Assembly: GCF_009914755.1 (NCBI RefSeq)
Contig: NC_060941.1
Source: the human T2T-CHM13v2.0 reference genome, Homo sapiens
Reading direction: 5' to 3' (one strand)
DNA: 64,000 bases
The translations under genes and the position numbers were made by a program. How positions within the stretch are numbered: the first letter of the stretch is position 1; the number at the start of each line of letters is the position of its first letter. The notes under the pieces are model-generated. The model saw nothing but the letters and a program-made list of their open reading frames with translations, was not told the origin of the DNA and did no database searches. Shown piece by piece: positions 25,521 through 39,738 of this stretch.

Positions 25521-25637
25521 GGAGTACAGGAGAAGGTCAGAGAGACTTTGCTTCCGAGGCTTCCATTTCCTTTATTTCAAAGTACTCAGCATGCCCAAGT
25601 GCCATACTTTGGGGTATGGTTTTCTGAGCCCTAACAA
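25521..25637 (-). mobile_element. MER4-group LTR 5' fragment (MER49/LTR48-like)
   Basis: tcaaagtactcagcatgcc...ccatactttggggtat...ttctgagccctaaca. Confidence 0.6.
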
Positions 25638-26054
25638 GAGTAAAATCTGTACATGAGGTAACAGTGTGCTAGAGACACAGTGAGAAATAGCTTTGTTAAT
25701 GGGGTAGCTATTTGAATAAGGCGTCTTTTCCTAGGATCTGTCAATTCTCAAGGACAGCTTTAGGAAATATGTGTCTCCTCCCAAACTAACATGGAGATTT
25801 TGTGATGTTTATGTATTTTCCTGGGCAAGAAGTTTTTCTATTTAAGTCAGTTCTCAATGGATTAAATCTTCAAACTCTTAAGGCCAAACCCATTTAAATT
25901 AATAGAAGAGCATCTCTTTTGTTGGACCAGAGTGATTTTTCAGCTATTCCAATAGTGATATAGAGGTAGTATGTTTAGACATTCCTCTGGGCATGCACAG
26001 CTTTCTGGTAAGTTCAGGCCCATCATCTAAATATCATACTTAAAAACATAAATG

Positions 26055-26419
<365 letters not shown>

Positions 26420-28451
26420 TTACATTAGCCAATGTTGCTTTCCTCAAATTGTGCACAATACCCACAGTGTTGCTAAGAGTGACAGAGATTAATGGAATCA
26501 AAAATTATCTCTCACTCATGCAGGTGCAAGTTAGATTTCAAATTGTATGGCCATTTGCTTTGTTCTAGGGAAAACTCTTTCTTTAGTAATAGCATTCTAC
26601 TTTCTATGGTAATTGAGCTTTCCAAAAGCAAACTGCTTCTTCAATTATGTTTCCATGAATGAAATTTTTGCAGAATATATGAAGAGTTCTGTTTCTTTAA
26701 ACACTTTAAAACATTAGTTTACTTTTTTATATACTGCACAAGTGCAATGAAATGAACTCATTGACTATTATTTAACTGTGATGCTGAAAGCTAAAATATT
26801 GCATTGCAAGAGCTTTTAGTGATCATCATTTAGCATTTTAAAGGTACTAAAAGCACTATTCATCCATCAAATTGTTCATTTGTTTAAAACACGTGCAACA
26901 AAAGCTGAGTGTACCTAAAAGCACAAAATAAATCTGCTCCCTTGCACTTTAGTTAGATGAAGCAGAATGTGCACAGGTAAGGTCAGTAAAAACACATACA
27001 CACACGCACAAACACACACACACAAACACAGTATGTTTGTACTCCAAGAAGTTCAATAACAGTTGAATGCACATTCATAACACATCTTTGGAAAACACAT
27101 GAATATACTTTTAAATCCTGAAACAATAAAAAAGAGAATTGTCACAAGATTGGTTTGGATTTTAGTATCATTCTATTAGAAGTAAACTTCATAATCATTT
27201 TAAGAACTGCAATCATCTGTTTTACTTTGCATTTCTTTCCTTTCCTTGTTTCCCTCTGTCTGCTTCTGGGCTATTAGAGTTTCTCAAATTGTTTGTATCA
27301 CATAGATACCCACGTAAATGCTGCAGGGTTAACTCCAAGACACTGTTAGACACAAGTGTGCTTGTATTTCAATTCTTGTAATTATAAGTGGCCCCACTTC
27401 AGACTATTCTGTTCTATGAAACACAACGGAAAGCATCAAATTAGGGGAAAAGAGTGGCTCAGACTGCCCCAAGCAATTAATTAAAGAAAATTACTACTGG
27501 ATGCTTTATGCACAGCAGGGGCTCTGTGCATGAAGAAATATAACTGCTAGTCACACCTGTGCTGATTCTCACTGTGGAATTGAAATTATCATGAGTAAAT
27601 GTAATTACTTAGCAAATTTAATAAATGTTGTTTGGGGTTCTGAAAACAGCACTTGGATCTACAAATTACACAGTGATAAGTGTGGCAGCACAAGTTCAGT
27701 GGTCTCTAATAGCACTAAAATATGTAGAGCATCCTGGAATGTACCAGGAAAGCTTATGAGTAAGTAAAGGTAATAAATTGCTACAAAAAAATGGGTACTA
27801 AGCCACTCATAGTTACCCATGCTTTCATGTTTTCCTTTGATTATGTAATTTTGACAAAGTTATTTTTTTCAAAATCCCCAGTAGTTTAGATATCCAAGCT
27901 TATCCTCCTGAAATACAAATAAGTTTATTCCTAACAAAAAATGAGTTAGTATTTGGTAACGCTTGAAATGAAGTGCTCTAAATAAGTATTTAATTAAGAA
28001 TAAAACAGCTATTGCTCTTGGGTTGTGATGATTGGCAATAATTGCTTTACATGATTTAATGGTTATAAAATTAACAAGAGATAAGTAATAAAAATAAGAA
28101 ATTAAGCTACATTTTTCATCATAACTTTAATTTGTATGCTCTTAAGAATCATAATGATGATTGGTCTTTTATTAAATGAATATTAAGATGAACCTTCATA
28201 TAATCTATATTATCTTTGAAGAATATGTTAATCATTAAGTCATAATTTATAATTAAAATGCAATACAATTTATTTTGTCAAAAGGAAATAAAGTATTTGT
28301 GTATTTTGTAAAATTGCCATATGGTAAAAGCCTATTCAGAGTATAAGCCTTCTGCTATAATACTAATAGCCATAAGTCTTCTACTTTAAATCAAGAAAAT
28401 GTTAGAAAATGTTTAATAGCTTTAGTATATTTAAACAATTCATCAAAATTA

Positions 28452-28996
28452 TTTAAAATTTTGCTAGGGCTGTCATAACAACATGCCACAATTGGGTGAT
28501 CAAAAGTCACAGATACATATTCTCTCACAGTTCTGGAGACTACAAATCCAAAATCAAGCTTTCTGTGGGACCATGATCTCCACAAAGACTCTGGGAATTA
28601 ATGCCTCCTTGATCTTCTCCCTTCTGGCGTTTGCTGTCAAATTTCAGCATTCCTTGTTTTGTAGACCTGGCACTGAAATCTCTACTTTCTTTATCACATG
28701 GTCCTCTCCCTTGTGTCTTCATGTCTTCATGTCTTCACATCATCTTCCTTCTCTGTATATTCACATCATCTTTCATCTGTGTATGTTCCTATGTCCAAAT
28801 TTCTCCCTTATTAGGGAAAGGAATTTATCTAGTATCCAATGTCTTAAGTTCAATAATGGATTTTGTGGCTGCACTAGTTTAAGATGGCTATATGTGAACT
28901 TGATTACAGCTATAAGAATCCTATTTCCAAATAAGGTTACATTCGCAGGTTCTGGGTGGGCATGAGTTTTCAGGGGCCACTAATTAACCGAGTACA
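28452..28996 (-). mobile_element. MLT1C/D-like MaLR LTR
   Basis: tgctagggctgtcataaca, ctcacagttctggagactac, cctatttccaaataaggttacattc. Confidence 0.8.
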
Positions 28997-29133
28997 AATA
29001 TAAGGTGTTAATGTTCTTGTAAGTCGTGTGGCTGACTTCTCCCTGTTTTGTCAGTGCCCTGCAATAAATACAATTCCCACTTAGTATGCACCTATACACA
29101 AAAAAGAATATTTATTATGCTCTAATGGAGGAA

Positions 29134-29292
29134 TCAGGGTCAGAACACTTATTCTGTGACCAGATAATACATATTTTAGGCTTTGCAGACCGCATGGTCT
29201 TTGTTACAATTGCTCACCCGTGCTGTAAACAATAGGTAAATGGATTGGAATAGTTGGATTTGGCCCCCAGTCATGATTTTGCCTACCTTTCC
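29134..29292. mobile_element. MER58A-like hAT MITE
   Basis: ccagataatacatattttaggctttgcagacc...ggatttggccc. Confidence 0.7.
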
Positions 29293-32265
29293 TATGGTGG
29301 AAAGGAATTCTTTATTTTGTTTAACAGAGTAAATTTAAATATCTATATCAAGGAAAATCTGTTCTTTGAAAGCATTGTCCACAATTTTTCAAAACCCAGA
29401 TTTTATTTTTAAAGCTATTTCAAGACCTAGGAAACATAATGCATTTTAAAAATCAAACCCATATGAACAATTAAGCCTAGAGAAAAGAAATACATATATT
29501 TGGGGTGAATTGTAAATTCAGACACAAAGCCCTTCTGAGTGTGGGACCCCATGTGACTTCACAGATCATATGCCCTTGACATTAATTCTGTCTGAAAGTA
29601 TTTTTGAAATCTTGTTCTTTCAACACACTAGGTCCTACTAAATGGGATTTTTATAAAGTCACTAGTAATAACTCACAAATGGATCAAATGAATAATATAT
29701 TACTTAAAGTGCCTATTATAATGTTTTGCACATTAAGTGTTGTCCCAGTACAGAGGTTTTTAGATGTATTTACACTTTTAATAATATAAATATCAAGTGG
29801 TGAGTATTGCCCCAATATAAGGTTATTTTAAATGTGATTTATTATATAATTAACAATATTACTCTTATAATCATAGTAATATTTTAGTCAAATATCAACA
29901 AATAAGGTGCTATTGCTTTATGAGTGTTTTGTAGAAATAGTCAAAAGTTCTAGCTATGAATCCTGAAAAGTCAACATTTAGTGAAAACTTTGGTTCACTA
30001 AAAAATTATACAACCAATTTTGTGAAATTACTGTTGCAAGTCTCATTCATTTAAGTGTGATTAACAAAGGAGGTTAAATTTCACATAGCATAAACTTTTT
30101 CTGTTTTTTTATTTTTAGTGTGAGAACTTTCTCTAGGAATAAAAAAAAACCCTCATGTTATTTTCGTTTTAAATGTATAACCTTTGGCACAAAACTGAGA
30201 AAATGGCTGCTTCACTAGATGTGAAACTGCCTTTCCCTTGCAAGGGTTAATTACTAAAGAAGAAATTCAAACTTAAACAACAAACTCTGCAATCTTAATT
30301 AAAAAGAAACTATCAACTGGTGACTCCGGGTAGTTTAGAGATGACAAGTATCAAATATGTGGTAAAGTGAAATGTAAAAAGTAGGAGAAGGTGATTATAA
30401 GGCAGGTCAGCTTTTAGATTTGCCATAGCAGAGATAGAAATACTACGACTGATTTTAAAATCTGTATGTTGAACTTTACCTAATGAGTTTTATGTGGAGG
30501 CAGATGAATAGAGTACAGAACACAAAAACTACATTTGCGTAATGGAATATGGTTCTGCTTAACTGGCAAGAGAAAATTATTTTTTAACCATTAATGCAAA
30601 TATCTACTGTTTCATTTTATGTTATCTGATTATTTTAAATAATGTGTCTGAGTAGCAAATAGAAGGCTTTTTTCCAACAAAAGATCATTATATCATTTCA
30701 TTTTTCCAATTCTGTATAAATGTCCAAGTTAGTTTTTTTTGAGGTCTTGCAAACAAAATAGACATTCAAATATTCAGATTTTAATTTTTCTTAAATTAAT
30801 TTTGTTATTTAAACAATGTAAAATCTTATACCACTTGATATATGTTGATAATCCATAATTCCATTTGATGGCACAATAAAAATCACATTTGTGTTTTAAA
30901 TTTTAAAAAGCAGGATTTATTTTTAAACTAAAAATTTAGACTCTCTTAGAATAAATTACACAGTCTCAAAATACTATTGCACTCTGCTACAAGTGAAAAG
31001 CAAAATTTTTTTTATTAAAGAAGTTCAATCTTAGTGAAATAATTTACAATAACCTAGTAGGGATGGTGTTTAAGAGATTGAAGCAACATAATTCACTTGA
31101 TTCTGATACATACATACAAAATTTTCTAACAGTTACTTTTAAATACATTGGCTCTGAAAGTTCATTTTAATTCTTTATTCTGAGTATAATACTTTTATTA
31201 CAATTTTAAACTTAATTTTATAAAGACTTTTCTGAAGTATAATTTTAACCCCTCATATATTTTCTAAACAATTGAACAGAATATTTATAGATTGAAATTT
31301 TAGGCTTAAAACAGACCCTCTTAATATTCCAATCTTTTTTGAGTCTAAGCCCACGTTCCCTGATCTAACAGATAACTTTAAGAAAATGATATTAATTCAT
31401 GTCAAACAGGATTTCTGTCTTTGAGAGAATCACTTACTTTCCTCAAAGTTATTTTTGACCATCTATTGTGCTTAATATGAGATGGTTATTGAGTTACTTG
31501 ATAAACTTGTAGTTTCCATACATAAAAGTATAACCATTCTGAATATCAAATACTTCATGATAATAAAATTATAATTTACATCTATATTTTACTTTGTCTA
31601 TTCAAAAAATGTTTAGAAAAAGTACATGGAGACTGTAGTCAGCATATTATTTCAAAATTAATACTAATGTTAATGTATGTTGAATACCTGTGATGATAAT
31701 AACTGTACATTCTGAAAAAAATGTTACTATCCTGTATCTAATTGCTAAGTAAATCACTCACCATTTTTAAGCACTTATTATATGCCATGCAGTGTGATAT
31801 GTTGTGAAAGGATGTATAAGGTGACACAAGGTTCTATCATTAAAGACATGAGGAATAAACTTATCACAATAAATGATATCTAATGGCTTAAAAAAGAAAG
31901 AAAATATTCTGACTGTGTTATTAGAGTTTCAGGCTGGGGAAACAGTCACAATGATGATGACTAATAGATCATTTAGGCCTTAAACATAAATAGAACTTTA
32001 TTAAGCATATAGAGGAAGGGGAAACAAATCTATGTAAACGAAATAGTATGAAGAGAAGCATAGAAGATAAAAATTTAAAAATACAAGAAATTTTAGGAAA
32101 TTTTTAATAACCAACCTAGAAAACAACTTGAGATTCTTCCTTATTTTTAATTTCATTTATACACCATCATTAACCTTGCTGAGTCTTCCTCCAAAATGCC
32201 TCTTAATTTTATTACTTCATTTCTATTTGTGTTACTTGCTGAATAAAGTTTCACGTCATCATGAT

Positions 32266-32505
32266 CAGGGATTCCTGCCTAAGGGTGATTTTCATGCGTG
32301 AAGGATATTTGGCAGTGTGTGAAGACATTTTTTATTATCGCAAGTGGGGGAAGAGCACTAGTAGTATGTAGCAGGTAGAGGCCAAGTATATTGGCTAAAT
32401 TGTAGCCAATACTAATACACTGAAGAATATGCTAAATATTCTACAATGCCTAGGTCAAGTTCCCATAACAAAGAATTATCTGTCCAAAATGTCAAAGTAC
32501 CAAAC
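32266..32505 (+). mobile_element. MER20 hAT MITE
   Basis: gggtgatttt, atttggcagtgtgtgaagacatttt, ggtagaggcca, aacaaagaattatctgtccaaaatgtcaa. Confidence 0.8.
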
Positions 32506-32797
32506 TAGCAATAACTTCCTAACTTTATCTCCGCCTTAGAAATTCCTATTCTTGATTAGAAATCATCTAGTCATGTAATGAATTTGATCTACTATAAAAT
32601 ATCCAAGAAGAGATATCTATGAGACAGTTAAAAATCTAATGTTAGGCATCAACAGGGAAATCATTTTTGGAGATACAAATTAGTGAGAAAGTATAAAGGT
32701 TCAAAATACAGAGATGGTTAACATTTTCTAGAGAAAATCTTTAAAAGGAAAGAAAAAATAATAAGATAATAAAATATTTATATTTAAAAGGAGGATG

Positions 32798-33194
<397 letters not shown>

Positions 33195-34189
33195 TTAATA
33201 AAGCACATGGGTTCAGCTACTGACCACTTCCATGAATTTGGCTGTCTTCAACATGCCTTTAGGATTAGTAATAATTCCACTTTTTCCAAATATATGTTTG
33301 TTATCTACACATACATTAGATATTGTTTCTTATATTGTTAACCCTTGTATTTATTCTCATTTGGTAAAGTAGTACAACCAACAGAGAATAAAACAAGTTA
33401 TTTCAAAATGTAAAAATCTGGGGGGTCACAGGATAGAAGGCAGGAGCACATCAGTGGGCACAAAATCCCAGATGAATACCAACCATTTCTCAGCTTTTGG
33501 CCCCTTCAATCCACTGCATGATGCACCAAGGATGTTCAGGAAAGTAAAATAGCACTCTTTCATCAATCATTTCTAAGGCATCTGTAAAATGCTGCCGTTT
33601 TCAGGGAAGAGGGGCTTTTTCCCTTACCTGAAATGAAAATCAGCTTAACAGAAATTGAGCTTAAACATTTACCCAACTCAGTAATTTTGGCATTTGTGAA
33701 TTACCTGATGAATACATACTTGTTTCTTATCTAGAAATTAAAAAATCTTACAGTGGTTTTGTATGGTGAAAAATCTATTTCTATCATTGACCCAAGTATT
33801 CCCAGTAAGGAAAGAAAAGCTTTTATTGTATTAGATCCTGCTTGCATTAAAATTATCTTTAAATATTTTGACTTCATCTATTTGTTAAAACTATCAAATA
33901 GCTTACTTAGCAAAATGAATATTTAATTCAGAAAAGAAAATAAAGCAATTACTGTGTGTATATTCAGCCATATACGTAGAAGGTGCCAACTTAATTGCTT
34001 AGAGGGGAAGTCTTTCTTTTTCATTCTATGGTCACATTCCCTTTTAAATTCATATGTGTGTATGTGTGTGTGTGTGTCTGTGTATAATTTATATATAATT
34101 GATGTACAAATATATATGACATAAATATATATAAATATATGTTATACATAATATATAACAATATTATTTATGACATAAATATTTGTATT

Positions 34190-34610
34190 TACTTATTTGT
34201 CAAACATTTAGTGACTGTCAACAATATGCAAGGTGCTAAGCATGCCACTATGTTAACAACTATAAAAAAGCCAAAGAAGCTTTGAGCTTGGAATCTGAAA
34301 GGAGAGACAGAAATCAAAGTTTATTTCTGTCTACAGAATTAGTTTATTAAATATTAATAAATGATGTTTGAGAAAATTATAAGTTGCTATGAAAGCATAA
34401 ACCACAGGATATGACAAGTCTAGAGATTTTGATAAAGCTTTGTAGGGAGAATTTGAATGAATCAAACTAAGAATTTATGAAGATTGAGCTGGTAAGGAAA
34501 AGGGATAAATTCATTCTAGGAAGAAAAGGAACAGCAGAATGTCCTTAGGAAGAAGTGAGCATGAATTATTTGCTAAAAGTGGAAAATGCTAGGAAATTAC
34601 ATGGAGTGCA
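34190..34610 (-). mobile_element. L2 remnant
   Basis: caaacatttagtgactg...atatgcaaggtgcta, ggagagacaga, cattctaggaagaa. Confidence 0.5.
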
Positions 34611-35949
34611 AATTACACACCCAAGTAGAGATGTGAAAGTGCATAGGAAAAGATGCAGCATTTAATATGCATTTAAAGTTTATTATTAATAGCTTGAAAA
34701 TAAATACATGAATGAATGGATGAAGAAAAGATTTAGCAGAAGATTATTTACTATCAAGAGGAGCAGAAAATACTTATTAGACAAAAGTGAAAAATGCACA
34801 GAAAATTGAGTTACTTGCCAAAGGTCATCTGGAAACATCAAGGAAAGAATTAAAACAAAGTGGAAAAGAAGCACAAGCTTATAGAAATTATGTTGAGACC
34901 AGAGGCTATTTATTTTTAAAATTGGAACACTTTTTTCTGAACTTACAATACATTTAAATTGATTGGAAATATTATTCATACACATATCTAAGTCAAATAT
35001 ATAATCTACCTAATGGTTTCTGGCATGTATTTTCCTTTCAGTCTTTTCTTCAGCACATACCATGAAAATACATGAGATAGAAGGGATTTTTAAAAAGAGA
35101 CCTAGAGATTGTGGGGCTACATTATTCAGAATAAATAAAAGCGAAATGAAATCTAATTTAAAAACATATCACAAGATCTAACTTACTGTTATATACACAA
35201 AGTGCATTTTAGTAGACAATATACAGACAATGTTTCTTTTAAATCAACATTTGTTGACAATGTTATCCATTATCCACTATTATTCTTATTAGTTGTGTCT
35301 TATTTTTATTAATTTTTTTTTCTATTGGATTTTTTATGAGAGATTTGTTTGGTTATAAGATTTTAAATGTGGCTATTATGTCAGAATACATATCTCAATT
35401 CAAATGAAATCTTTTTCCAAGTTTACAATCAACTGTGTCCTTCCGTAATTTAATTTGTTGAAAATAGGAAGCATACTGGTAGTACATTTTAGTAATTTTA
35501 AAATCCTTTAGTAAAGGAAAAATTACATTTTGGCTTTGAGAAATATCATCTTCAAGAATAAAAACACTCTTTCATATTCATGTATTCATAGAGCATAAGG
35601 TATTCACTCTATAGTACGTTTTTAGATTTGCAAATATTTTTGAGTAGAACATAAAAGAAATATCTAACTTCCTAATATCAAGGATGGTGTGAACATCAGA
35701 AAGCTACCTTTGTTATCCTAAAACAACTTAGGTTTTGTTGAGAAAATATAATTAAAAACAGTCTTATTCCAATCTTGAAAACCTCTCTACAGAGGTAGAA
35801 GAGAAAAAAAAAAGCAATTTTATTATTGAATAAGCATGAAACCAGGATGTGATGCACATCACAGGCAATCCACTAAAGAGAATGCAGACAGAAAGGAATC
35901 TCACCCTTTTATATAGCCAAACAGATGCAACCTATTGTATACACCTTTT

Positions 35950-36221
35950 CATTGTTGTGAGATAATCATAGGATGTAATGGACTTACACAAAATTGGATG
36001 TTCTTATAGCACAGAGGCTATATGGTATAGCCTATTGCTCCTAGGCTACAAATCTGTACATTTTACCAATTACTGTAGGCAACTATAACACAATAGTATT
36101 TGTGTATCTAACTGTATCTAAATATAGAAAAAGTACATGAAAAATACATTATAATCTTATGAGACCGCCATCGTAACATGATCCATTGTTGAACAAAATG
36201 TTGTGATGCAGCACATGAATA
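35950..36221 (+). mobile_element. Tigger3a (5'-truncated)
   Basis: ggctatatggtatagcctattgctcctaggctacaaa; homologous to 19102-19396. Confidence 0.85.
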
Positions 36222-36317
36222 TGTAGGCCTTTTAGTAATTATTCAATCTTCCTAAATAGCTTTTTTCAGTTTTGCAACTCAGTAGCATCCATGGCCATCA
36301 TCTAATATAAAAGTCTT

Positions 36318-36667
<350 letters not shown>

Positions 36668-36977
36668 CTATTATTATTTTAAGTCTTGAAGACAAACCTC
36701 TAGCCTATAGGTATTTTTTTTCCCAGCGTGGGATCTAAACCAATAGCTCTACATTATAATAGTCAACAAAATATTCATGAGTAACAGAAATTTAGTTTCA
36801 TGTATCAATCTATACTTAGGTGGGAGAGAAGTTACATCACAAAGTTAATTAAGTAACAATAGACCTGTTTTTTGTGGTCGCTATCTTACAATGCCAAGTT
36901 TCTATTTTTCTATTAACTGGAATGTTTGTTTTCAATTAAGCCAATTAATTGTTTTTGTTTGTTTTACAAGTAGAGCT

Positions 36978-37314
36978 TGTCTTAGTCCATTGTGTGTTGA
37001 GATAGCAGAATACTAAGATGGGGTAATTTAAGAAGAAAACTTTTTCTTACATTTCTGGAGACTGGGAAGTCTAAGGTTGAGGAGCTACATCTGGAGAGGT
37101 CATCTTGCCATATCATAACATGGCAGAAAGCACCATATGGCTCAGATTTCTCTTCCCTTTCTTAAAAGGCCACTAATCTCATCACGGGGGCCCTATTCTT
37201 ATGACATCATCTATCACTACATCCCAAAGACCCTGCCTCCAAATAGCAACAACACATAAATTTGGGAATTTAATTTCTGACACATGGAATTTGGGGACAC
37301 ATTCAAACCATAGC
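36978..37314 (-). mobile_element. MST/MLT1A-like MaLR LTR
   Basis: tgtcttagtccatt, ttctggagactgggaagtctaag, ggggacacattcaaaccatagc. Confidence 0.8.
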
Positions 37315-37689
37315 TAGGCTTGAATACTTGGATGCATATTAGTTTTATTTTATTATCAACAATTATAAAGAAGATGGTGTCACTTTTACTCTGCCAATAA
37401 TAAAACTGTTGGTTATACAATTCCAGGTCCTGTTTCTGCTGGGAGGACAATTTGAACTAACTGGAAAGGACATCATGAGAACCATTACTGGGAGTACAGA
37501 AAGAAAAGGTCATGTAACAAATAAGTTTTGATTCCTAGTAAAATGTGATTCTTAAAGTAGTCAAAATAATCCACTGGAAATAAGACAGTAAGACCATCTA
37601 AAATGTAATATGTAAATATGTTCTCTAGAGTACCTCTTCATCTGAATTCAGTACCAAGATCAGTTACTCTTGAAAACTTAAATTTCAAG

Positions 37690-38420
37690 GCCTTGTGAGA
37701 ACCACAGTCAAGTCTTGCCCAGGTGCTGTCTCCGTGTGGGAAGCATGACTCCAGCTGAGTTGTTTCTCTTTTGTTTTGGTTTTGGTTTTTGTTTTATTTT
37801 GTTTTAATCTCTGATAGCCAAACGAGTGATCAGCAGCACTCGAAAGCCTTCTTTCCAGCATGGTGACTGTATTTTCTTTCTGGAATACCTTTTTGTAGAT
37901 GAAATTTCCTGGTCCACAGAGATAGCCAATTTCCACTGGTGTGTCCTTCCAGATCCTATTGTCTTTAAGTTTTAGGGTTTCTAGGGAAGATATAAACCCT
38001 TTTAGGCATTGGAAATGGTTAGAAGAGGATTTGCTTATATCAGGCACAGGATGTGCTCTTAGACCCAAATTCATGGACCTGCCAAATGTAGGTTCAAAGA
38101 GAAGATTCTGTGCTTGAATGCAGAGGCAGCAGGAAAAAGACTAATGATAAAACTCTGGAGATTTTAACCCAGTACATAGCTGAATCTTAGCTAATTATTT
38201 TTTAAAATTTGATTTATCTACTTTATTTATCTGGAGGACTGAGGAATATAAGGTGTATGCTACATTATGGAAATCAGCACACGTTTGCATAAATCCTAGG
38301 CAATGGTACAGATAAAATAACTTTCTCTGTCTGATTCAAATACTGTGGTATCCCAAAAGTTAGAACTAAGGCTTTTAAGAGAGTGTTTACCATTGCCTGA
38401 AAATCAGTTTTTATGTTTTG
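37690..38420 (-). pseudogene. decayed retroviral integrase (ERV pol 3' region)
   Basis: frameshifted minus-strand translation gives, in integrase order, TFGIP..ESDRESYF, PYIPQSS, FEPTFGR, PGNFIY, PCWKEGFRVLLIT and SWSHASH. Confidence 0.75.
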
Positions 38421-38732
38421 TTTCTTTTTTTTTTGAAGAGGGTAAGGCCTCAGGCCATCCAGACATCATACACACAGTAAACAGACAAAGCTCTTACCTT
38501 TTACATGTAGTTCTATGGAACTCAACTACCAAAAGGCTCCTGGTAGTTACTCAGAGAGCATTTCCTGTGGTTTCTTAGGAGTAGCATGTAAATAATTCTG
38601 CTGATGAATATCACATCTCTCTAATATGTTTGTATTAAAAAAATCTTTTTTGGTGTGCAGGCTCAGAGTCTAGTGACTTTAAAAATCATTTTTTCTTGAG
38701 ATGATTTGTTGATGACATAAGAACCCTAACCA

Positions 38733-38880
38733 AGCTGGGCACGGTGGCTCAAGCCTGTAATCCCAGCACTTGGGGAGGCTGAGGTAGGTGGATCACGAGG
38801 TCAGGAGATTGAGACCATCCTGGCTTCCATGGTGAAATCCCATCTCTACTAAAAATATGAAAAATTAGCCAGGCATGGTG
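38733..38880 (+). mobile_element. 3'-truncated Alu (left arm only)
   Basis: Alu match stops after ttagccaggcatggtgg; no right arm or tail. Confidence 0.88.
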
Positions 38881-39209
38881 GAAGAAGCCAGGAATTCAGG
38901 TTCTGGGACTTTTTAAAATTTTGACATGTATATTGAATATTCAAGTGGAATGCAAATAGGAGTTGGAAAGTCAGAAAAGTGTTCTGAGATGGAGATGTAA
39001 ATATGTGAGTTACTGGCTTTTCAAGAGTGTTTAGAGCATGGTAATGAGTGAGGTCATCAAAAGCAGTAGCATGAATACACAAGAGATGTCTAAGGCCTGA
39101 TACCTGGAATACTCCAATGTAAAGAGCTTGGGGAGAAGCAGAGAAACTACCAAAGGAGATTGAGATAGTGTTGCAAATAAAACAGAAGAAAAATCAAAAG
39201 CCATGTGAT

Positions 39210-39362
39210 ACCCAGCTCTAGGAAGCACAAATGGTAATTTTGTGCAAATCAAAAATGTGTCCTTTCCTCATGGCACAGTACTGCCATCTGCTGGAATATG
39301 TTTCTAAAAACTGTATTAAGATTATAATGCCCCCAAGGTAAATGTCCTTCAGTGCTTAGCTG
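39210..39362. mobile_element. MER91-like hAT MITE carrying a CTCF motif
   Basis: tgtgcaaatcaaaaatgtgtcctttcctc...ctgccatctgctgg...tgccccc. Confidence 0.45.
39281..39294 (-). promoter_or_regulatory. CTCF core motif
   Basis: minus strand CCAGCAGATGGCAG fits CCASYAGRKGGCRS at every position. Confidence 0.55.
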
Positions 39363-39474
39363 TAAGCAGTAGAGAAAGTGTATGAAGGTGGAGGAAGTAT
39401 ATCAAATGTTTCTGATCTGTTTAAGGCTTATGAGTATTGAAAAACAATTAATGGATTTAGCAACATTAAGTATG

Positions 39475-39645
39475 TGGTGACGTTGACAAATGTCGGTTTG
39501 AAGTCATGAAAATGAAAGTTTAGTTACTGTTGAGTTTAAAAGAAAATGAAAAAAAATTGTACACATTATTTTCATTTTCTTTTAAACCTACAGTAACTAA
39601 ACTTCCATTTTCATGACTTCAAAATGACATTTGTTATGGTCACCA
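39475..39645. repeat. ~85-bp-arm inverted repeat with no spacer
   Basis: 39475-39560 is the reverse complement of 39561-39645, centred on tgtaca. Confidence 0.92.
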
Positions 39646-39738
39646 AATAATCTGTACAACAAACCCCCATGACACAAGTTTACCTATATAACAAACTGCA
39701 CATATGTCCCTGAACTTAAAATAAAAGTTAAAAAAAAG
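39646..39738 (+). mobile_element. L1PA13-16-like extreme 3' end
   Basis: aataatctgtacaacaaacccccatgacacaagtttacctat...ctgaacttaaaataaaagttaaaaa. Confidence 0.88.

Noticed and set aside
28483-28965. 160-aa ORF
   Set aside because: It lies entirely within an MLT1 LTR.
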